Under the pieces are notes generated by a model. It saw only the letters and a program-made list of their open reading frames with translations, ran no database searches and was not told the DNA's origin. A stretch of DNA of 64,000 nucleotides from Antedon mediterranea (Eukaryota > Animalia > Echinodermata). The stretch covers positions 23,284,912 through 23,348,911 of the forward strand of contig NC_092675.1 in the NCBI RefSeq assembly GCF_964355755.1. The letters run 5' to 3'. Each line of letters opens with the position of its first letter. The first letter of the stretch is position 1. Position numbers and translations under genes: made by a program. Shown here piece by piece: positions 22,522 to 34,500 of the stretch.

Positions 22522-25500
22522 ATGGAGTCATTGGTGCCGTACATAATACCATTCGACGAATTAGAGTTAGTAAAACGTAATATTGGAAGTGCTGGTGCAA
22601 CGTCGGTAATACACAAGGCATTATGGAAAACAAGAGAAAATCTTCCAGTAGTAATAAAGATCTACACTAAACACCCGTGCCAAAAAGAAGTCGAGATTCT
22701 TCGAAAACTGGATCACATAAATATCATCAAGTTTTATGGAATTGTGAATGGGTTGGCGAGTGGTATTGTTATCGAATTTGCTCCAGGTGGTGATCTATTT
22801 ACGTTTTTGGCTTCAAAGCGTGAAGAGAAGGTAAGATTATCGAAAACAAAGTTCTCTAAATGGTGTTTAGACATCGCATTTGCTATACAGTATCTTCACA
22901 AGCGACACATTACGCATAAAGATATCAAATCACTGAATGTTCTTATATTCAGCAAAGATAATGTTCACGAGGAAAATGACGATTCGCTAAGTTATTTGAA
23001 AATATGCGACTTTGGAATTTCAAAAGAAACCACCATTACTGAATCAATTATCACCAGTTATGGTGGATGCTCCAAACCATGGGCAGCTCCTGAAGTTATT
23101 AAGGATCCTCGAATTGTTTCCCAAAAGTCGGATATTTACTCTTTATGTATTGTTATTTGGGAACTTTGGACTTGCCAAGAACCTTGGTCTGAGTTGGATT
23201 ATGATATTGAAAAGAGGATAAAGGGAATTTCTCTAGAAATTCCTTCAGACTTTCCAGAATTATTGAAACCAATGATGACAAAATGTTGGCAGACTGAGAG
23301 ATGTAGACGATGTGAAATTGGTGATGTAATCTCGTTCTTCAAACGTCAAATGTCTGAATGGAATATCGATGGTAGGTTTTTATTTTAGATTCAAGTGCAT
23401 TTCACGTGCAATACTGATAAACATCTTCTAAGGTATGGTGTATTTGATATAATGTGCCCGACAGCTTCAAATATACACATGTACGTGACCAACTAAAACA
23501 TATCTTTTTGAATAATTTTATTAACATTCATTTAATTTGCATTCGAAAAAAGAGGTCAATGTGTCCACTCAACCTCTGCAACAAACAATAGCCGAATTAA
23601 GAAAATATTCAAAAGACAAACTGATTTTTTTATATTTATAATGTTTACAGTTATAAACGATAAAACTGTCGATAATGAATAGAAACGTTTACCTATCTTA
23701 TCACTGAAGTATGAAATTGCTCTATAACCTATATATATTGTGTTACATCCGGGAACAATGTGCAAAACAGTATAATCATAATTAATACGATTTACAACCT
23801 TATTTTATTTTAGACCATCGGGTAAATCTACCAGAAACTAAACACACAGACAATACTGGACATGGAATTATTTCTGATGAAATGGGTAGAATATGTGAGG
23901 CTGATGGCAAGGAAGACCTGTATCAGTCTACTAGTAGTAATCTGAAAGATCCAGTCCAATCAATAGCAATCAACGACAACAATCCTATTGGAAAGTCTTC
24001 GGAAATACAAAACATATCGAATGAGATTTCAGAAAGCATCCACACAGCAAATAATGAACATGTCATCATTTATAATGAAATAGGTAAGGACGAGGGTGGT
24101 GTTGAGGAAGATGTGTACCAATCTAACACTATTAGTAGTGATGTGAAAGAATCAGTGCAATTACCTGAAATCGAGGGAAAGCATTCTATTACGAAATCAT
24201 CGAAAATACAAGAGATATCCAGTGAGTTGTCTTTAATCAGTGTCTTACCTAAATCTGACAAAGCAGACAAGGAAACTGAACGTTCTACAGAAAGCACCGA
24301 AGAAATTAAGGAAAAATACTTATCAGAAATTGGAAGTGATAATGCTGACATAATTAAACCACACGATGAAGCAACACAACATCAGAATTATGAACAGCAA
24401 TCAACCGAGGTTACTGCCGATAAGTCTAATACATTTGAAGGTGGTCGTAATGTAGCTTATATTATCAAACGCTTTGAAAGTTTGGATGCGTTAGATGGCA
24501 GTGAGAAAACAACAACATGTACTACTAGCAATGGAAACAAAGATTCCATATATGATAGTAAGTTTACATTTTATTGGAAAATATATGACGATTAGAAACT
24601 GTTCTTGACTGGGTACCGTATTATTTAAATACATTATTATTTTTGACATTCATAATAATACAGAATACATTAAAGAACACTGCGAGACTAAAGAAAGTGT
24701 ATCCTAAACTTCTCTTTTAAAAAGGTATGCATGACATCCGACTATTATATAATGACTTCATATTATGTTATTAAGTCCAATAGATAACATTCTTCATTCT
24801 ATTTTTTTTTTCATTTCCTGTTTCTCAACGTGATAATGTTTATTATTTTGTTTTATTTGTAAAATGGTATGGTATTTAATCCGTTTGTGCTCAGCGGATT
24901 TTTTTTACTCGCCGCATAAATGTCGAATATAGATAAACTAATTTGTTAAAAAGACAAAGCAAACCACTCATGAGTTTAAAATAATAAACCGATTATAATA
25001 TTACCCGATGAAAACACATTGATATATGAACCATTTTAACTTGTTGTTACATTTTTAATTCTTTCATCTAACGTGTTTTAATATTGTAATAATAATAATT
25101 AATTTTAGAAGACCGACCACGTACCCTCGACATTGATAAAGAAGAAGACGTGTAAGTTTGAATACTACTTTTAAACAAATTATAATATTTACTCAAGATA
25201 ACTATAATCATCAGCGCCTTTCACCCCTGGACAACTTGCTGATTATCCTCTAGAATTAGCAAGTCAAATTCCCACTAGCATCATTCTTACAAATGAAAGA
25301 GGCAGGACTGGTGTAAGAGTGGACATGAGAAGAAAAGTTATAAAAAATATTGAGTAGGGATGATGTACATACAATTTAAAATACTTAAATGAATGATTCC
25401 AGCTGAATCACGGTTTGTTTATTTACTAAAATAGAAAAATGCAATATACAGTGTCTGTAGGCCTACGAAAAAACGTTTAGTTATTTTACAACGATGTTTA

Positions 25501-28500
25501 TAGAAAAGGTTCGAAAATGTGCACTGATTTTCATTTATGTGAAACAATATTGGTGGTTCGCTAACACTAATTACAAATGCTCTCGTTTTATGCTCCAGAT
25601 ATCCAGATCTTGTGTTATACCAAAATCTCATCTCACCAGTCCCGACGATTGCGTATTACTATGGTAAGTTAATGTCTTGGCAGGCATCCAGTTGATCTTT
25701 TTTTGGCTATGTTAGTAGTATGCCCTTTCTGTTTCGGTAGTCAGAAAAGACTAAAAGCAATCATGCTCTCCATTTGCTGTTGTTTCTTTCTTAAATAAAA
25801 AATAAAACAAATTAAATCATTTACTGCAATTTAGAAAATGAAATAATCATACTTGCCATATTTACAATTTGAATGTCCAAAAAGATGAAAAAGAAGGAAG
25901 ACTTTTCCTTTTTAAGATACTAAGTACAAGCATATTTACTTTTCTAGACATGCACTATTTAGTTTAGTTAAATAGAATTGTTATTGTGTCAATATGTTTA
26001 TAAAATTCAATCAAACAGATAGCATATTGATTCATAGGTTTTACTATAGATCTAATCGAACTTTGAGCTTATGATTTTCCTCGTACAGAAAGTCATAAAA
26101 CGCATAGATGCAGAAACCACCGTTTTTATTTAAACAATTGCATATTATCTGATCAAGCAAAGAATCCTCAAATCGTTAAGTCTGCCTTTGTAGAGGCATG
26201 TTAAGGTAGACAACAATATAGACAAACGTTTCAAACTAACCTTTTTCTATTGAAATACTATAATTGTATTTCTGTATAGCACTTTCATTTTACCGTTCTT
26301 TCTTTCTACAACAATATTGCATCAGTTCAATACCAATACACATTATCAAATTTACAATTAAAAAATGAACTCTTGTTTTTTTCCATTTATACTGCTATTA
26401 TATTTTTATTTTCTATTGTTGTAGCAAATGTTGTTTTAATTTTCCTAAGGATGCTTATTTGCATAAGGATGATGTGCTTTGCCTTTCTTTGTTGATGTGT
26501 AAAAAAAAGTGAAAACCACAACATATAAATTTACGTAAAAGAAAATTCAGTAAATCGCATTAGATTCTTCAATAGTATACATAGTTGGTGTATATTCTCA
26601 GTACTGATAATGATGAAAAACAGTACACTAATACGAGGGTGCTTCGTAGTATCTGCCTTTAAAATAACTATTTCTAACTACCGAAATTTGGTACACAGTT
26701 CAAGTACATCGTAATTGTAAACGGGAAATAATTGTTTTATGAATTACAATTCTATCATCTAGACCCCTATAGATTAAAATTACTACAGTAATTACAGACG
26801 AAGCTTAATTCCAAAAACGCACACACATTTTGAATTTGCTGTTAATAAATTTATGATATTACTACTGTAGATGATACATTGTTTCATTTGTTTTGTAGAC
26901 GATGTTGAACTAACAGATTTACGACCAACGGGTCAACCAGGCAAGGTTAGTATAACTGTTTGAGTATTTCCAGGGAAATTCCGGTTATTATCCACATCCT
27001 GGATCATAATAACAATTTTAGGTGACTGGGCTGAATACTTGCTTTCAGAATGTCTGTGAAGTTAATTACGCCTACTGTAGCTCCTAGTTCCTTATTCAAT
27101 TTAAAGTGAAAGTTACCGCTTTCTAATACCTGATGTCTCTCAGCTAATACTGATCAATACTGAAATACTTTATTTGTCACCATCATGATAGAAATTACAA
27201 ATATTCTTTTTGAAGATTAGCAAATGTTAGTACGATAACGAACATAAAAATAAAATATAAAACAAAATGAATAACACATACGGCATACACACATTGCGCA
27301 AACCTAAGTTGTAAAATGTAAAAGTAAGATAACAACGCATAAAAGGCTGAACACTTTAACAATTTAGATACACTAGATGGTACGCTCGCTTCGCTCGCGT
27401 ACCATCTAGGTCGTGCCCACATATGGTTATCGAATACATAGTAATTTCAGCGTAAAAAAACTGGCGATTTCAAAATGTAGGCCTACGTACCGCATGACTA
27501 TAAAACATTTATTTATGTATTTATGTAGTCAACCAAAATTAGCACCGTGCGAATTACTTCCAAAAGAGAAACTTCTCACAAAATGAGTCCAAATGTTTAA
27601 ACAAACCCAATTTGTATTTTGTATCTAACATTATTGAGGGTTGGGTTTTTTTTTTAATAGGCCTATAAATAACATAACACTAAATAGAGTAAAACATTTC
27701 CGATTTAATAACTGTTAAAATTGTCACTGTCATAGTGGATTGAAATAGTAAAGTACATGTAACGATACACCACCACGACGTTTATATTTTTTTGTAATTA
27801 TTAATTAATACAAACGTTGTGAAGCAACTGTCAGTAATAAAGTATTATATTATTATGTGTTTATAATCTAAAAGTAGGGGCTACCCACACTCACAGTAAT
27901 AAAGTTTATTAGTATATTTGTTTATATTATAATAAACAGTAGGCCTACCAACGCACACAATAAGAAATTTGCGATTCAAATGGCTATCAAAAGTGGTTAA
28001 TACCTATTTACAGTATTGTATAGCTTTACAATACTATTTATGTTTATTCTCAAAGGGCCCATAAATTGACCTACTTGTGTTAAATCATGGAGGTATGCAA
28101 GCATGGTTAAACCAAATAATTTGGAATGTTCCATTCATCGCAAATCAATACATTTGTATAAACGTATATTAAATCTATCAAAATAGTATTTTTTAAAGAA
28201 AATCGGCCTGTCTTCAACATTATGATACTCTACTCGAGCTGTTCAACCGGTTTTCAGCTATTAAAAGCAATTATCGTAGGAGGAGATAGGAAAATGCGAA
28301 GTATCCTCGTATTATTGTGTACAGGTATTTTTCATGAGGACATCCATTAGACAGTGTATACCACGATCGGAAAACACCCCTATTTGGGGCAAATGGTTGA
28401 ACCTAAATTCGTTTTAATCGTCAATAACTAATTATCTAACTAAATTTAATTAGTAAACAGGGTTACATCAGGTGGTTAAAATCAGTACCGAGATTATAAC

Positions 28501-31500
28501 CAACTTTATATACCATCGAGTACACATTCTAGAAATAACGCGCGATTTACCGAATTTTGCCCTTACGTAAATTTATATATAGATAGATTATAGGTCCCAA
28601 TAAAGTTAAAATAAACTATTCAAACACTGCAACAACACTAAACAAGTTAGAGCAATAATTGACCACAACATTATTATGCTTTCAAAATGTTTGTAAAGTT
28701 AGTAGTTATTAAACATTATACTTTTACGCACTTCGAAATACTTTGAAGGGAAAGTGATCCGATGTTTCAAAATACAAATGATCAGTTTTTGTTATCACTT
28801 ATTGCATGATATTGACAGGAGTTATCCAAGTTGTATTTGCATATTGAAGAAAGTCACAAGGACCTAGAACTTGTTAAAGAAGAATTCATAGAGAAGGATC
28901 GATTGAACCAGATTTTAAATAAAGGAGAAATAAGGCATCTACTGATTAACACATCTGATGTGGAAAGTATAATGTCCAGGTAAGGTGATAACTTCTTAGT
29001 TTGTTAAAGATATTATAGATAATCAATAAATGGGTTTTCAAAAACGAGTTTGACCTTTTTTGACACAACGTATTAAACTATCAACCAAGATTATACAGTC
29101 GTAAATCGTTGCAGCTTTTTGGTCTTTTCTTTGCATTCATATTTATAATATAATAATAATGATTGTATTTTCATATGAATATTTAACTCTGATGGCTAAA
29201 TAAAAAAATCAAATTTGTAGTCAACATTTAATGGCGCACTATATTACGTACATCTAAATAAAAAAATAAAATATTGATCATATCACGAAATAGAATATAT
29301 AAAGAATATTATTGTTTTAAATTGGTAATACTAACTTGACTGTTAAAATATAGTAATATAAGGCATATATTCTTATTTATATTTTCATTTGAATATAGAT
29401 TTCATTTGTGGTTCGGCAAGTGTAAATATCATGTCCCAGCTGTGTGTAAATTGATAAGCAACATTGTTGAGGCTGACTATCTGCAACCGATCATAAACTT
29501 TGCTATATATTCACACCTTCAAATGAATATGCTGAAATTAATAAGGTATCGTATTATTATATATTTGATATAAACCCAGTTTAAAAGCAAAGAAGAAAGT
29601 GACTGTCAATCATCAGCTGCAAATGAGCGAGTGCATCCAACTAATGACGTCATACATTTTATAGTATAAATAACTGTGTTCATTGTATAGAATTTAATAT
29701 TTATCAATCTCATTTAATTGGCTGATTCATTTTTTAATCTAAAGTTAAAGAGTTCCTTCAGTATATATTAAAATGCATACTTTCAGAGCGGTTGGTTCAT
29801 TCTTATGAATATAATTTAATGAATTTTAATAATTCAATTCAGTAGCACAAAAATAAAACAAAACACATTTTTTACATACTGAATCAATTTAGTAGGTACA
29901 TATGTATGTATATGTATTTATTTTCATTTAGTGCATTCATTTATTCTAGACAACGTTGTCTCGATTTTGACGAAAAGCTGGACAAAATGCAACAGCAAGG
30001 AAGTGATGACATAACCTATCAACTCTCATTTAAACAGCTTCAATCAATCTTCTTAAAGCAAGCAAATTGGTTAAAGAAATGCTATGGTATACTGAAGGTA
30101 ATTACAGAGTTGTTTAAATCTACATTGTATTTCTAAATGTTTTACAAGACGATACATTAGTTTTTTTAACTTCTGTTCTCCACATTTTCATACACATGTC
30201 TTTTATTATATAGACCTATTTCTTCTTTAAAGTTTTATTATTCTTTTAACAGTAATAGTATTTTTACAAATGTTTAAAAAAAATTGTATTTATAAGAGTT
30301 TCTACGATGCTCTCGTTGTTGAGAAAACGATAGAAAACGAATCATCAATTCAAGATTTAAAGGAAGCCTGTTGCAAACTAGATACACTCATTAAGAACTG
30401 CGCGGAACGAGAAACTCGTATCACTGGAGATATCCAAGAACACAGTACGTCCGTGTTGCAAAAACTACGCTTTGACTCAGTGAGTAACGAAACCATGTCA
30501 CAGGTAAATATTTGCTTCTGTTTTGACACGATATTTTGAAAACATTATAATATTACATACATTAATTCATTTTCTGTAAATTCATTTAAAATACATGAAT
30601 AATAAACAATAGAATATTTAAAAAATACGTATTTTCTAGTGTATCAAACTGTTCCACCACCAGAACTAGGAGCGAGTCTGCCTCCCTTGTTCTTTAGGTA
30701 CGGTAAACTGCGCTGCGCATTTGACTCCGCTCGGCCAATAGAATATAGATCTATAAACTCGATTTTTAATTAGGACAATGTTTATTTTTTTGGAAGAAGT
30801 CGATGGTAAGCGATGAAAGTTGGATAAAGAAGAAAGGTACTATATGTATAATAGAGGAAATAAAACATGGCAAAAGACACTCTAAAATAGAAAAGAAAGA
30901 ATGTACTATGATTGCCTTTGTGTCAACAGTACTTATTGCAGAGGTTAACGGGTGAGTTTATGTAAGATAAATGTAAATAAAACAATTCTGTAGGCCTCTG
31001 CCTGAGTTACTGAGTAAACATCGATTCCTCGACTACTCATACTTTGTTTAGCATACATTAGTCATTGTATTTGTGACAAAAAGTGAGCCTCTAAAGGATA
31101 CAAGCCTCGTACTTCCACAGTTAAAATTCAGTTTAAGCACCAAAAATACCTCGTTAAATTGTAATAACATTTACTAATAGTAGGTGTATCATCCTAATTA
31201 TAATTTGAATGTTAGACATTGAATCATCCAACAACTTTAAAGTTGATTTCGACTGCTCCCTGACAATACACCAATATCTAAAGATATGAGAGAAAGTAAA
31301 ATGTATTAAACTACTGTATAAAATATACAATATAATAGTGTACAAATTAGTAACATCATGGCATTACTTTAATGGAGTATCAAATAGTTTTAAGTTTCTG
31401 TAAAATAAACGAAACGCAAATACCATCTTTAGTAGGTGGCTGTAAAGGCTATAGGCCTAGGTACAACTACTTATGTCATCATTTAAAACGTGTTGTTACC

Positions 31501-34500
31501 TACGGCCTGATTACGCTTAATTTATGTTTCTATTTTTTATAAATGTACTACCACTTTCATTTTTTATTTAGTATATACTTCCTGCTTCGACGAATACCCA
31601 GATTTAAATGTAAATGTAAATAATCGATGCCACCATTAATAATAGTGGTTAATATTGAGTGTTTTATTGTTTATTTATTGTACTATACATTTCAGAGAGT
31701 ATTACAAAGTTATTGATTGTATTAGCAAGAAGGACATTACATTCCAACGTCAAGACTATTTGAATGTCGCCTACATGGGAAATGAAGTATTTTCACTTAC
31801 CAAGTTCAACCCAATTACACGAGCAGCTATCAAAGAATATGAAATTACACTACAGGACAGGTTAGAAGTCATCATGTATATTTCAATATTATAATAACAT
31901 TCTGTTTATTCACTCCAGATTTTTATCTTAACTAATATGTATATAATAATGTTGTATTTTTCATCCGAAAAAAATGGTGGGACAATAAACATTTCGATAT
32001 ATTGTATAATCTATTGTTTTAGTGGAGAATTTCAAGAATGGTCCAAAGTATTGGCGTTTTCCGAGGAAGAAAAATCTTATCAAGATACAGAATATAGTAA
32101 GTCTTTTAACAAGAATAATGGGTGTGTGCAATGACTTAACCACCCCCTTCATCTATCTTCTATGATTATCTTCTATTCAACAGAAAACCCACTGTTTATA
32201 TTAAAAGCCAACTCGTAGCAAGCAAAATTGATATTTATATGCCACAGAAGACCCTTTCTAATTAAAGTTTAGTGTTCTTGACTCTTTATCAAACCAGATA
32301 TTGATGACATTAATACAAATATTAATTATTGATATCACTAATGTAAAATGAATATTAGTAATAATAATCCAGAGTTGTAGATTTTCTGCTGGTTAATTTG
32401 AATTCGAAAAAAAAAAATTTAAAACAGATGTCGAATTCAAATTTGGGCTAATACAATTCAATTCAATTCAATTCAATTCAATTCAATTCTATTAGGTTAC
32501 TGTTATTATATTTGTCATTTATAGTCACTCCACTTGAAATACTGAACTCACCAGACGTTGAATCTGTGTATGAAGACTGCTACAGGCCAATCGGTAAAGT
32601 ATTGAAAATGACATAAGGAAACTTAATATAATAACTAAATGCACATTATATTTCATTAAAATGTATAGCGATGTATTGCTGGTCACTAGTACATTTTTAA
32701 AAAAGTTTCCATCTCAGCATGATATTTGTATTGGACTATTTTTATTCATAGTGGTTCATTTAAAAATTATGTTTTGCTCTTGTTTTCAAAGCACGACAGA
32801 ACAGCATATATGAAAATATTGAAGCGATACAAGTAAGTTCACTTATTTTTTCCTACTTTTTTTCTACCACCATGTTGTTAGGCTTAACGTTAATTATGAC
32901 CACCTCTACTGCTATTATTTTTGTATGCCAGAATAGTTAATTCTTACATAGGTTCTCAACAAATTCTTGCCAGAATTACATTTGAAACCTTAACTAAAGT
33001 ATGGTATAGTATATGTTTTCCAAAATTAACGAAATATGAAATTTTTATTATTTCCATAATTATCTGAGCAAAAGTTTAATTACTGTACTGACTGTGAAAC
33101 ATTTCACTCAACTGAAACCATTATTATGCTGTTGTTAGGCTTAACGTTAATAATGAGCTTACATCTTAAAAGGTGCTGTCGGGTATTATCACCCTAAATA
33201 AGAAGACAATTGAAAGTCTAAGGAAGCTTAAGGAATTGTACATTGATAATGTCGTTTTAAGTTCGATTATTGGTAAAGGAGAAAAACATCATTTATACCT
33301 AAATGTCATGGAAGTGCAAGACGCTATTGAAAGGTAAAACCAATTTTTCTAAATCTGAAATAGTAACGAATTTGTTGGCTTACAAGATAGATGCCAAATC
33401 ATATCTGGAGCAATTGTCATTTACATAGACTCCTATATATTGTGTGTGTTGATGTTTAAAATGTGATTGTCACATTGAGTAATTGAAAGTAATTTATACA
33501 TTTATTGACTAAAACTTTTTAGGAAACAAAACGATTTAGTCAAAGTGGTGATCAAAGCATTTGTCATGGAAAACAAACAGTTCGCAGTATAGTGTATTTC
33601 ATGTCGCTAGACAAAATAATGATAAAAAAAAACGGCTGATTGTTACGGGGGAACCTATGTGGTACATGTACTTATACTGTATTAATGCATCTTTTTCTCT
33701 TTTATTCCAGCTTCAACCAAAAGCTAGAAAACAGCGGGACTTATGACAGTTACCAATTATTTACTGAATTACGAAAGCATTTAGAGGAGGATAGGTTTCA
33801 TCCGATAATTGATTATGAAGCCCATATGTGTTTCCAGCGAAATATGATTAGGTTCCAAAGGTAGGCTTAACCACTTCTTATACCATCCTTATTTTGCAAT
33901 ACTATTTACTTTAGCCGGCACATTTCCTATATTCTTTTTATTCTTTGTAATACATTAGTATTATTCAGGAAGTTATTCCGTTCTATGTTCCGCAGCACTG
34001 TGTTGTCAATAGCTGTGATGAATTCCGATATTGTAACTATAGCTATTTAAAAACCCCGGTTAACTCTATTATAATAAAACAATTTTTATATAATGTTGCA
34101 GCTTAATGTAATTGTTATATACAATGTATTTTAAAAATAATACTTTTACAATTATGATGAACCCTTTTAAACTTTACTACCAAATCAATGTTTTTGACAA
34201 TCAATAAAAATAAAAGCTAGAATCGTCATTATTTATTTATCATATTTTATTATTTGTAATGTTGATGCTGTTGTTTTACATCAGAAAACACAATACAGCA
34301 TTTCACCAAGTTCTTGGAAACTTAGAGCGAGATCCTCAAACAGAAATGCGTGTATCTGAGATTGATCTACAAACACGCCTCTCAAAACCTGCTGATTGGC
34401 TGTCGAGGCTTTACCACAAATTAAAGGTATATTATAATATACTCAGAGATTAGATGATGATCAACATTTTGTAAAACATAACATGATGAAACTGTAAAAA

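Noticed and set aside
24664-24724. Candidate extra exon of the kinase-GEF gene (AG..GT bounded)
   Set aside because: It has stop codons in all three frames, and the model is in phase without it.
30640-30697. Candidate exon between DH1 and PH1
   Set aside because: It has an in-frame TAG in the required phase, and module 2 has no counterpart.
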